This document shows positions 28,451 through 37,143 of a stretch of 37,143 nucleotides of DNA, piece by piece (the first letter of the stretch is position 1; each line of letters begins with the position of its first letter). The position numbers and the translations under genes are program-made. The notes beneath the pieces were generated by a model. That model worked only from the letters and a program-made list of their open reading frames with translations, had not been told where the DNA came from and made no database searches. Origin of the DNA: Chthoniobacteraceae bacterium. GTDB lineage: Bacteria; Verrucomicrobiota; Verrucomicrobiia; Chthoniobacterales; Chthoniobacteraceae. The stretch is taken from the NCBI GenBank assembly GCA_031409335.1, contig JANNWY010000210.1, positions 1 through 37,143 of the forward strand. The letters are read 5' to 3'.

Positions 28451-28519
28451 CTGAAGGATGGAGCACCTTCGGCGCTCTTCGCGCATTCATGCACTTCGAC
28501 CGTGTAGATCGTATGACCG

Positions 28520-29843
28520 GTCCGGGCGACGAGTCGCAGCGCACCGGGCGCACCGGCCATCAGTGTTTCCGCGTTTGTCGCGCGGACACGATTCCCCGAG
28601 AGTCGGGCGGCGAAAGCGACGGTGCCTCCGCGATAGAGCGGATCGCGCAACGTATCGTAACGCACGCCATCCACTCTGGCAGAATTCACGGCCACGATGC
28701 GCCAATGGTAGCGCGTCCCCGGAGCCAGGCCGGAGCGCACCGCGGCGACATCTTCGCTCGTCACCCCAGCCGCATCGGTGAGTGTGATCGGGAAGATCGT
28801 CCCGTAGGCATCCGTCGTTCCATATTCAAAATGCGCCACCGTCGCCAGCCCGTGCGGATTCACACGCCCGCGCGACGTCACGCCAGTCTCGTTGATTGCG
28901 GAAAAGTTGTCGGTGCTCGCGAAAGGCGTCGTGGGCACGAATTTGACGACGATACCCAAAGCGGTGTGCCGTCCGCCGCCGCGAGCATTGTCGTTACCAC
29001 GAAGTGTTCGCCAAACGGGCGGGTGTTGAGCGTTGTCTCGTAACTGACGATCACGCGACCCGCCGCGTCCGCGGCTACTTTGCGTACCTTTGAGGAACGC
29101 GCATTTGCAGCATTGCAGTCGTGAATCCAGAGCAACGCTCCGTCGGTTCCAGCGAGTTTCGCGACCTGCCTTGTGTTCAAGATGAGGACCACATTTCCCG
29201 CCGGATCGACTTGGATCTGCCGAGCGTCGAATTGCCTCTGCGAAGCATCGACGACCACACGTTCCCATCGCGTCGCACCATCGCTTCCGGCGAGCACCGC
29301 GGTCCATAGTTCTTGCGTGCCCGCAGTCACCCGGCTGGTGGTGATCGCGAAGTCCCCAGCGGGCGTCATCGCGCCAAATCCCCAAACGCCCGGGAGGTTT
29401 CGCCGCCACAATTCAGCTCCGTCACCGCCGCGCAACTTTACGACTGCGATCGTCCCCGAAGCCGCTGTTTCGTCGATGCCCGACATGAAGACATTCCCAT
29501 CGGCATCCGTTCCGAGTGAATAGAAAGTGCCATTGGGTCCGAGGCCGGGGAAACTTTGTTTTTTCCAACGCACAGCGCCGGTTTCAGCGGCGTAACGGGC
29601 GACGAAAAACTCGCGCGAATTGGACACTCCGCCACTTCCACAAGCCACCAGGTCGCCGTCCGGCGTCCGCGTTACCGCCGACACCGCTCCGACGGTGCCT
29701 TGCTCGAAAACAAACTGCGAATTCGTCCACTGCCGGACGAAATCCTCACCGCGCCCCAAGGCAGGACAGATGAGTGCGAGCAATGCCGCCAGCAGCAACG
29801 CATTGAGGGAAAATGTGGACCGCGGACCGTTTGAGATTTCCAT
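28520..29843 (-). pseudogene. Decayed secreted multi-domain protein (PQQ-like propeller + FN3-like + truncated repeat)
   Basis: Signal peptide and propeller repeats (ARYAAETGAVRW, KLRGGDGAELW, LAGSDGATRW). Frame switch near 28945 to GRVNPHGLATVAHFEYGTT...GLAPGTRYHWRIVAVNS, then an abrupt jump to GTVAFAARLSG...LRLVARTG and truncation. Confidence 0.7.
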
Positions 29844-29966
29844 ACGAACCTCCCTCGCAAGCAGTCCACAAGCCAGTCGCCGCACGCGTTTCGAGATCGT
29901 GTTCGCGCAGGCGCGCGACCACGACGGCGCACTTCCGGGGGCGCCGACGGCCCAAAATCAGACGAC

Positions 29967-30344
29967 CTACTTTTCTGCCTTTTCCTCGGTCTTCGGCTGA
30001 TCGTTGAATTTGATGCCAAACTTGTCCACGACTTCCTTCGCGTCCTTGTCGTCCTTGGCGAGGTCGATGAGGTCTTTGAACAGATCGACGTATTGTTTCT
30101 CCATCTGCGCGGCCTGCTTCACGGTGTCCTCGCTGTTGGTCAGCGCCTCGGCGTATTGCTTTTGCGCGGTCTTGAGGTTTTCGGTCTGCTTGTCGAGATT
30201 GCCGAGCTGCCAGCGCATGATTTCGCTTTGCTTGCTGGTGTTGCGCAGTTGCACGCCAAAGAAGATCGCGACCGCTGCCGCAAGGATTGCGACGGGCACG
30301 TGGATGCTGATGCCGGAGGAATGGGAAGAGGATTCGGAACTCAT
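29967..30344 (-). CDS. Single-TM coiled-coil hypothetical protein (125 aa)
   Basis: TM VPVAILAAAVAIFFGV, heptad-rich region, ends VVDKFGIKF. Confidence 0.85.
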   Translation of the reverse strand: MSSESSSHSSGISIHVPVAILAAAVAIFFGVQLRNTSKQSEIMRWQLGNLDKQTENLKTAQKQYAEALTNSEDTVKQAAQMEKQYVDLFKDLIDLAKDDKDAKEVVDKFGIKFNDQPKTEEKAEK

Positions 30345-30359
30345 AGTGCGGTGCGGTGA

Positions 30360-30737
30360 TCAGGGTTTCGGTTTTGGGGATTCGTCGAGGAGTTTCTTGA
30401 TGTCCTCCTTGTCCTTGTCGGTGATTTGCACCCCGTATTTCGCGAGAAGGGCGAAGATCTTGGCATTGTTTCCACGCATCCCGGCAACCTTCAGGTTTGC
30501 GATGACTTGCGGCCCTTGTTGCTGGGCAAGCTGGGAAACCTTGGTCAGCCGCTGCTGGCGGTTTTGGAGTTCCGTCTGCTGAAGCTGCAACTCCTGCTGC
30601 TGGGTTTGATTCTCCTGGGTGCGCTTTTGGAGTTCCGTCTGGAGGGTAAGGCTGGCGCCGCCCTGAAAGAACATGATGATACTCAGGACGGCAGCCAAGG
30701 CGGCGGTCGCGACTGATGCGATGGAAGGGATGCTCAT
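30360..30737 (-). CDS. Single-TM Gln-rich coiled-coil hypothetical protein (125 aa)
   Basis: TM ASVATAALAAVLSIIMFF, Q-rich coil, LLAKYGVQI; start taken at ATG 30737. Confidence 0.82.
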   Translation of the reverse strand: MSIPSIASVATAALAAVLSIIMFFQGGASLTLQTELQKRTQENQTQQQELQLQQTELQNRQQRLTKVSQLAQQQGPQVIANLKVAGMRGNNAKIFALLAKYGVQITDKDKEDIKKLLDESPKPKP

Positions 30738-30996
30738 ATTTGGGACGCTCTTGTTAATCATCACTGCCGTGGCGTCAAGCGCTGGATTCCAATGAGATGC
30801 CGGTGGAGGGCGGTTTGAACGCGGCGGCGTGCTCCTCTTTTTCACCCGCGCATCGTGGCAAAAAAGTAGCGCAACCGTTGCCGGTTGCGCTGGTGCAGCA
30901 GAGAGACTTTACAAGTAGTGTTTTAGGTGAAGGTCCTCGCTTACGGGTGTCCTTTAAGCCGGTGTCATGCCACGCGCCGCGGCAGGTTTGCCTGCG

Positions 30997-31884
30997 TTAC
31001 TCGACCGGCAGGCCAGGTGGCCGGGCCGAGAGTTTCGATGGCGGCACCGCGGTGGCGGCGACGCCGGTCTGCGAGGTCGCCGCGCGGCGGCGCGCGCCGA
31101 CGAGCTGGATGGTGCCGTCGGCGAGGCGGCGAAAGTGCGGCTTCACCTTCGGGGCGTCGTAGGTGTATTGCCCGAGGAATTCGCCGTTCACGCCAATGTT
31201 CGCGAGCGAATAGGTTTTCGGGGCGACGAGGTGGAGGACGTAGAGATTGTTGGTCGTGTCGAACTGCATTTGCGGGGTCGTGCCATCGATCATGTGACCG
31301 ATCTTGCGCGTGCAAAAGACGTAGCCCCGCTCCGGGTCTTCGACGCGGACGTATAGGTAGCGTTTGTCATCCTGAAATTCGATGAGCTTCACCGAGTGAT
31401 TGCGCCCCGCGTTGGCCAGCGTGTCGGGCACGCCGACGGTGCGCTCCCACAGCGTTTTGCCTTCGCTGATGTCGATGATTTCCGCCGGCGACGCGAAAAC
31501 TTTGCCCAACTGCTGCGAGAAAATGGCGGCCTTGACCCGGTGCATGCCCAATTCCGCGATGCTGTAAAGCTGGGTGAGATCCACGGTGCGTTTCAAGGTT
31601 TCGCCGATTTTGAGTTCCATCGGATCGAGCCGGTATTCCACGTTGCGCGGGGGCACGATGGCCCCTTCGCCAGCGCCCGCGATGTCGAAGCCAAACCACG
31701 CCACCTCTTCATCGCGCAGCATGAGGTCGCGTCCCGAAAGATTCTGGATGCGCACGGTGGCGATGATGGGTTCGTAGCGAAGATGCAACCGGCGTTTGAT
31801 TTCGATGCCGACATTGATCTGGCCGTACGCGGGCAGCGCGGTGGCTGCGCAGAGGATCGCGAGGAGGACGAGGCGTGGTTTCAT
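30997..31884 (-). CDS. Secreted hypothetical protein
   Basis: Signal peptide MKPRLVLLAILCAATALPAYG; ATGA overlap with the upstream gene at 31881-31884. Confidence 0.85.
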   Translation of the reverse strand: MKPRLVLLAILCAATALPAYGQINVGIEIKRRLHLRYEPIIATVRIQNLSGRDLMLRDEEVAWFGFDIAGAGEGAIVPPRNVEYRLDPMELKIGETLKRTVDLTQLYSIAELGMHRVKAAIFSQQLGKVFASPAEIIDISEGKTLWERTVGVPDTLANAGRNHSVKLIEFQDDKRYLYVRVEDPERGYVFCTRKIGHMIDGTTPQMQFDTTNNLYVLHLVAPKTYSLANIGVNGEFLGQYTYDAPKVKPHFRRLADGTIQLVGARRRAATSQTGVAATAVPPSKLSARPPGLPVE

Positions 31885-34130
31885 TCGGCGTTGCTGGGTT
31901 TGTTGGTGGTGACTGTGCGAAAGCCGATGTGCTCGGCTCCCTTGCTGCCATCCTGGTCTTCGACGCGTTTGTCGAGGCGCACGTCGGCGGACATGAAGTT
32001 GCCGCCTTTCACGATGGGAAAGCGATTGTCGGGCGTCCAGGTATTGGTCCATTCACTGACGTTGCCCGCCATGCCGACCGCTCCGAGCTGGCTCCTGTCC
32101 CCGGCCACTTTGTCCACGCGGCTCCACCAGTTCCAGCCGTCCACCTTTCCCTTTGCCGCGGGATCATTCTTGGTAAAGTCCGCGCCGGAATTGACCCTTT
32201 TTTCGTCAGGGTCATTGCCCCACGGGTAAACGAATCCGTCGCCACCGCGCGCGGCAGCCTCCCATTGCTCCTCGGTCGGAAGCTCGCGCCCGCGCCATTT
32301 CGAGTAGGCGTAGGCATCCCAAAAAGTAACTTCCACCATCGGCGAATCGAGCGAGTAAGACGCGCTGTGGACGGCGCCGCCATTGGCCGCCTGCCCGTAG
32401 TAAATCGCCCAGTATTGCGGTTTGTGCTCGAGCTGTTTCGGCTGCCGCGGGTGATCGAAATCGCGCGAATTCCCGGGATGTTCGTCCAGATACTCCACGA
32501 ACTTCGCATACTGGCCGACCGTCACCTCATACTTGTCGATCCAGAATTCCGGGAGCGTCACCTTCTTCTGCCCGACTGTGTAGCTGCCCGCCGGCACACG
32601 GACCATTTTCTCGACGACGCGCTCGCGGTTGCGCATCACATACAGCACGAGCAGCGCGACCAGCACCACGGCGCTCACCAAGCTGATGACGTTGCGCTGC
32701 AGCTCCCTCTTTTTTTGAACACGCGCGACTTCGACGAGCGCTTCCGTGGCGCGATCCTGCGCGCTGATGGCATCGACGTGCGCCGGGATGTTTTTCGGCT
32801 CGGCGAGTTTCACGGCATCGAGCACCTCGGCCCAATTCGTGAGGCCGCTCGCGGGTGCCTGCGCCATGCGGGCGAGCAAGGCGCGCAGATTTTGCGAGAA
32901 TCCGGGACCGGTGTGAACGATGGCGAACATCGCGCGCCCGAGCGCCACGATTTCATCCGGCGCGCTTGGCGATTGGTCGGCGATTTGCACGGCGAGATTG
33001 CTGAGGCGGGGCTGGCCGTCGATGCCGAGCGTCACGCTCGTGCCATCCGCGGGGAGGCGCGGGATCTGGTGCGCGTCGAGGTGGGTGAGGCCATCCGCGG
33101 TGGTGCGCAAAATTTGGAGGGCGGTGCGCTCGTTCACTTTTTGCCCGTGCGTGCCGAGTTGCACGAGATTTTGCCCGTCCACGTATTCGTTCGCGTAAAA
33201 GCTCCGGCCACCGGCGTCCCCCGCTGCATACACGGCGAGGATGCAGGGGTGCTGCACGTTCGCTTTCGCGCGCGCATTGGCGGTGAAACGCAGCCGGCTC
33301 GCCTCGTTCGCCGCGTGGCTGGCGCTGAGCACATGCAGGCTGACCTGGCGGTTGATCCCGGTCTGCAACGCGGCATACGCGCAACCCCATTCGTCCGCGG
33401 CCATTTGATTGCCCACTTCATACGTGCCGATGGTCTGCCCGGTAAATTCCCCCGGTTTCGTGTCGAGCGCGGGGAAGGACGGCGCGGCAGGTTTGGGAGC
33501 GGCCGCGGGTTTCGCCACGGCAGCGGCTTTGGGAACGGCGACAGGTTTCGCCACGGGCACCGCCTTTGGAATAGCGCCGGGCTGCGGGGCGGCGACGGCT
33601 TTCGGGACCGCCGTCGCTTTCGGCGTGGCAGTCGGCTGCGCTACTGCTGTGGGACGCGGAATTGCGGTCGCCTTTGCCACCGCCGTCGGCTGCGCCACCA
33701 CCGTCGGGCGCGGGATCGCGACTGGCTGCGGAACACTGACCGGGCGGGCCGACACCGCGACCGGCACGGCTGCGGGCGGCGGTGGAAATTCCCTCGCGAC
33801 GGCGGCGAGGAGCGCGGCGGCATCCAGCGGCTTTGCGAGAAATTGATGACCCTTGGTCTGCTCGGGGTAGTCGCTGAGATCATACCCGCTGATGAGGATC
33901 GTGCGCAGTTGCGGATAGCGCGCCTTCATCTGATCGCGCAGGGTAAAGCCATCCATCGGCTCCATGACGACGTCCGTGATCAGCAGATCCACGCCACCGA
34001 GCGCCGCCGCATTTTCGATCGCCTTTTCACCGTTCGTTGCCGCGCGGACCTCGTGTCCCGGCAGCGTCTTGATCGTGGCAAGCAACGCCTGAATGACGCT
34101 CGAGTCGTCATCAACCAATAGGATTCTCAT
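31881..34130 (-). CDS. REC - Pro/Ala linker - pseudokinase - TM - FGE-sulfatase (SUMF1-like) domain protein
   Basis: RILLVDDD...LLITDVVM...SGY...KP receiver; degenerate kinase (VSLH, HPCIL); TM; FWIDKYEVT..QY, LPTEEQWEAAARG, YPWGN, MAGNVSEWT, GFRT. Confidence 0.9.
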   Translation of the reverse strand: MRILLVDDDSSVIQALLATIKTLPGHEVRAATNGEKAIENAAALGGVDLLITDVVMEPMDGFTLRDQMKARYPQLRTILISGYDLSDYPEQTKGHQFLAKPLDAAALLAAVAREFPPPPAAVPVAVSARPVSVPQPVAIPRPTVVAQPTAVAKATAIPRPTAVAQPTATPKATAVPKAVAAPQPGAIPKAVPVAKPVAVPKAAAVAKPAAAPKPAAPSFPALDTKPGEFTGQTIGTYEVGNQMAADEWGCAYAALQTGINRQVSLHVLSASHAANEASRLRFTANARAKANVQHPCILAVYAAGDAGGRSFYANEYVDGQNLVQLGTHGQKVNERTALQILRTTADGLTHLDAHQIPRLPADGTSVTLGIDGQPRLSNLAVQIADQSPSAPDEIVALGRAMFAIVHTGPGFSQNLRALLARMAQAPASGLTNWAEVLDAVKLAEPKNIPAHVDAISAQDRATEALVEVARVQKKRELQRNVISLVSAVVLVALLVLYVMRNRERVVEKMVRVPAGSYTVGQKKVTLPEFWIDKYEVTVGQYAKFVEYLDEHPGNSRDFDHPRQPKQLEHKPQYWAIYYGQAANGGAVHSASYSLDSPMVEVTFWDAYAYSKWRGRELPTEEQWEAAARGGDGFVYPWGNDPDEKRVNSGADFTKNDPAAKGKVDGWNWWSRVDKVAGDRSQLGAVGMAGNVSEWTNTWTPDNRFPIVKGGNFMSADVRLDKRVEDQDGSKGAEHIGFRTVTTNKPSNAE
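33480..33790 (-). repeat. Pro/Ala/Val/Lys-rich ~6-aa periodic linker
   Basis: AIPRPT-VVAQPT-AVAKAT-AIPRPT-AVAQPT-ATPKAT-AVPKAV... Confidence 0.7.
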
Positions 34131-35230
34131 TGCGGCGTTTCTTTTTCGAGAGTCTGTGAAGCGGGGAATCGTTGGCCGAGCGCCGCCGGTTCGGAGCGGG
34201 TCGCCTGCAGTTCCTCCTTGTAGTAAACGCGAACGAGATAGCCATAGTATTCTCGCTTCTCCCGCTTCGGATCGCGCGCGTCCGGCACTGGCTGATTGTA
34301 TTCCACTTCGAGCACCTCGGTTTCATCCTCCCGCCAGTCCACCGGCGCAGTGCTCCAGCGATTGACCACGTTGGCATTGGTGCGGATCGGCTTGTCGTCC
34401 ACCACGTCGTAAAAAATCACCTGAATGAAGAGATCCTTCACGCTGATCTTCGTCTTCAAACGCAACTGAATCGGCACGCGCACCACCAAATGGCGCAGCG
34501 ATTTCACATCGCGCAAATCCTCGCTCTCCACCGCACCGATCCCAAAAGTCGCCGTCGGCGCCGTGCCGCCGCCGGATTGCACCGACGTGTCGGCCGCCGT
34601 CCCCGGCGGCCGCATCGTCACGCGCGTGGATAGCATTGCCTCCTTCATCTTCGCCTCCGCTGCCGAGAAATAAACGCCCGCCGTTTCGCCCATGTCGTAC
34701 ACGCGCTTCCAGTTTTCCGCCGCCTTGTCCGGCAGGCCCATTTTTTCCAGCGTCACGGCGATTTCCGAAATCGCCTCCGGGCTTTGCGGATCGGCCGCAT
34801 AGGCTTCGCGGAAACGCAGCAGCGCATTGCTCGTGTCGCCACGATCCCGCAGCGTGCGGCCTTGCACCAGCATTTCCCCGATGCGGCTTTCCGGCGCGAG
34901 TTGCAGGCGTGCCTGCGGCATCGGGCGCGGCTTTGGCGGCGGCATGATGGGTTCCGTGGAAGGCGAATCGTCGATCGCGAGCGTCGCGTTTGGATCATCA
35001 AACGGAGTCGTCAGCACCAGCGTCTCCGAATCCGCCGCGTTCGCTTCCACCGCCACCGCTCCAGGTGTCGTCGCCGGAGCGGTCGCGACCGGCGGGCCTT
35101 GTTTCAAGCGTTTCACAAACGCCCAGCCGAGCGCGCCGAGCTGCGTCAGCGCGATGAGACCGAGGACGCTGATCGACACGATGAACGTGCGTCCGGGAGA
35201 ATTTTTCGAGTAGGGCAAAGCCGCAGGCAT
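34127..35230 (-). CDS. Membrane-anchored TPR-containing protein
   Basis: N-terminal TM; GRTLRDRGDTSNALLRFREAYAADPQSPEAISEIAVTLEKMGLPDKAAENWKRV (TPR); ATGA overlap with the next gene. Confidence 0.85.
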   Translation of the reverse strand: MPAALPYSKNSPGRTFIVSISVLGLIALTQLGALGWAFVKRLKQGPPVATAPATTPGAVAVEANAADSETLVLTTPFDDPNATLAIDDSPSTEPIMPPPKPRPMPQARLQLAPESRIGEMLVQGRTLRDRGDTSNALLRFREAYAADPQSPEAISEIAVTLEKMGLPDKAAENWKRVYDMGETAGVYFSAAEAKMKEAMLSTRVTMRPPGTAADTSVQSGGGTAPTATFGIGAVESEDLRDVKSLRHLVVRVPIQLRLKTKISVKDLFIQVIFYDVVDDKPIRTNANVVNRWSTAPVDWREDETEVLEVEYNQPVPDARDPKREKREYYGYLVRVYYKEELQATRSEPAALGQRFPASQTLEKETPQ

Positions 35231-35304
35231 GAATTAAGCACGGGACCGTAGGTTTGCGTCCGGGGAGTGTCAAACCCGCCGAATCGCGATGGCCCCAGCT
35301 CGGT

Positions 35305-36249
35305 TTAGCGTGACGCGGCAGCGATGCGGGAGAGTTCCTCGAAGGCCGGCCCGCTCGTCGGAATATCGACTGCAAAGACATCGGCGATGACGCGCGTCCA
35401 GCCGTGGAGAAAGTAAATCCAGCCGTCCTCGATTTGCAGTTTGCGCGACTGTTCCTGCGCGCGGGCTTGATCGAGAAAGAGAAGGTTGCCGCGGTAGTTG
35501 AACTCCCACACCAGCGCGCGCTCGGGAAACACGACCGCGTCGGTAAGCGGCGATCCGGGCGCGTCTTTGCCGAGGCCGGTGGCGTTCACGATGAGCGATC
35601 CGGGCGGAAGTTTTTTGATGAGGGCGTCCGCATCCTCAGTCCGCGGGACGTGATGCGTTACGATCGGGATCTCGCTTTTCCATGAAGCGTGCAAGTCGCG
35701 CAAATGCACAAGACGCGGCGTGCTGCGATTTGCGACGTGGATGCGCGCGGGGCGATCCGCGTCGCGTTCTACGCGCGAAAGTTGCAAGGCAAGCGCGATC
35801 GCGGATCCGCCCGCGCCAAGGATGAGTGCTTCCGCGCCGGTTTCGCGCCAGTGGTTCGCGGGCAGGAAGGCATCGAGCGAAAGTCCCGCCGTCCACGGAT
35901 CGACCGCGCGCCCGTGCAGCAGCCCGTCGCGCTTGAAAATGCTGCTCACTTCACCCATCGAATCGGAAAGTGGATCGAGCACATCGAATTGATCGCGGCA
36001 CGCAGCGCACAGATCCATCTTGTGGGTCGTCACGAGCGCGCCGCGCGTCAGCGGATCGCGTTTGATGAACTCAATCGCTTCGCGATAACGCGCCGGATCG
36101 GCGTGGAGCGGAAAATCCATGCCGCGCAATTCGCAGTCGCCAAGACCGAGGCGCTCGGCCCAGTGCGGAAAGACTTTGTTGATGGACGACTTCGCAGTCG
36201 TCACACCGATAAAAACGATCGTCGGCTTTGTCGAGGGATCGAAATTCAC
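35305..36249 (-). CDS. Shikimate dehydrogenase-like NAD(P)-binding oxidoreductase
   Basis: GALVTTHK, LILGAGGSA, VANRS, IVNATGLG, NYRG, EDGW..F..GW; GTG start inferred at 36249. Confidence 0.85.
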   Translation of the reverse strand: MNFDPSTKPTIVFIGVTTAKSSINKVFPHWAERLGLGDCELRGMDFPLHADPARYREAIEFIKRDPLTRGALVTTHKMDLCAACRDQFDVLDPLSDSMGEVSSIFKRDGLLHGRAVDPWTAGLSLDAFLPANHWRETGAEALILGAGGSAIALALQLSRVERDADRPARIHVANRSTPRLVHLRDLHASWKSEIPIVTHHVPRTEDADALIKKLPPGSLIVNATGLGKDAPGSPLTDAVVFPERALVWEFNYRGNLLFLDQARAQEQSRKLQIEDGWIYFLHGWTRVIADVFAVDIPTSGPAFEELSRIAAASR

Positions 36250-36582
36250 AAAGCGCACCTTTGCACCGGCCAGCGGCGGTTGCGCGTCGGTGCGCAAATC
36301 AGAATCACATTCACACGATAGCCGAGGGCAAACATGTTGGAATGCTGTGAGATCGCCGGGCTGGAGATCGAGAAAAGAATTCAACGCGTGCTTCCGCAAT
36401 TGCCGCCGGTTATCTGCACCCGCCAGAACGCCCGGCGCGGTGTCCTACAAAAAGTTTCTCCGCTTGCCAATTGACGACTTTGTCCGAGGCCGACACGAGT
36501 TAGATTAGGCTGCAGCCATCCGCCGCCAGTGCCGCGTCATCAGCTTGGTTTTGTTTGGTTCAAACTCTCACCCACACCATTT

Positions 36583-37143
36583 ATGATCTCTTCCCACCTC
36601 CTCCGCCGCCGCCTCGCTTTCGCCGGGCTCGCCCTCACTGCCGCGCCGTTGTTCGCTGCTGATGTCACCTCGACGTGGAGCGCCGCGACGAGTGGCGTTT
36701 GGAATGCCAATGGCAACTGGCTCAACGTCCCGGTCCTCGGCGGCTTCCCGAATAACGGCAACGGCGGCGTGGCCACCTACGATGCCGTGATCAGCGTCAC
36801 AGGTTCGCCTTACACGGTGACGCTGAACACCAACATCACGGTCGAAGACCTCACGCTCAGTTCCACAAACGCGACGATCAATCACACGGCTGGAACGTTC
36901 ACCGCCACTGGCGCAATCACGCTTTCGTCCGGGGCGTATCAACTCAGTGGCGGGACGATCAGCAATACGGTCATCAATGTGGCCGGTGGAAATTTCCTTT
37001 TCACGAGCAGCGCGGGGATTTTGAGCAATGGGGCGGTGTTTAGTGGCGACTTGAACCTTTCGAACGCCAGCGCGGCGGTGCGGCTCCAGAGCGGGGCGAG
37101 TTTTAGCGGAGTGGCGAACTTGAGCGGATCGAGCACGGCCCTG
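36583..37143 (+). CDS. Secreted beta-strand-repeat protein (autotransporter/PEP-CTERM-like N-terminus), 3'-partial
   Basis: Absent from the ORF track because it has no stop. MISSHLLRRRLAFAGLALTAAPLFA-ADVTSTWSAATSGVWNANGNW...FPNNG...YTVTLNTNITVEDLTLSS, open to the window end. Confidence 0.85.
   Translation, partial: MISSHLLRRRLAFAGLALTAAPLFAADVTSTWSAATSGVWNANGNWLNVPVLGGFPNNGNGGVATYDAVISVTGSPYTVTLNTNITVEDLTLSSTNATINHTAGTFTATGAITLSSGAYQLSGGTISNTVINVAGGNFLFTSSAGILSNGAVFSGDLNLSNASAAVRLQSGASFSGVANLSGSSTAL

Noticed and set aside
31881..32070. FGE/CLec C-terminus as a diversity-generating retroelement variable region
   Set aside because: No reverse transcriptase and no adenine-variant template repeat seen in the window.
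31875..34121. 748-aa plus-strand ORF
   Set aside because: Antisense shadow of the REC-pseudokinase-FGE gene.

Overview
GC-rich bacterial DNA; gene families suggest Verrucomicrobia/PVC (inference only). There are three zones. (1) 2-20668: the 3' ~20 kb of a giant (>6,740 aa, 5'-truncated) RTX-type surface protein, with Gly/Ala beta-helix repeats, Calx-beta-like repeats, Ca-binding nonapeptides, seven DUF11-like repeats and a C-terminal HExxHxxGxxH zincin, followed by a DUF3467-like gene. (2) ~21000-28500: a plasmid-like block with no integrase in the window. It holds an XRE three-gene cassette, leading-region genes (ardC behind a structured leader) and an RHH-rep-parA-parB operon. The Rep has two tandem lambda-O-like winged-helix domains and four 22-bp iterons inside its own gene. 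The block also has two identical 20-bp palindromes (candidate parS), a perfect DnaA box and a REP-like nested palindrome at the right edge. (3) 28500-37143: chromosomal-looking genes, namely a decayed surface-protein pseudogene, two 125-aa coiled-coil membrane proteins, a coupled TPR / REC-pseudokinase-FGE / secreted-protein operon, a shikimate-dehydrogenase-like gene and the start of a secreted beta-strand-repeat protein. The best candidate for an undescribed system is the double-O-domain iteron replicon with its partition module. All family calls come from motif recognition by eye; no searches were run.
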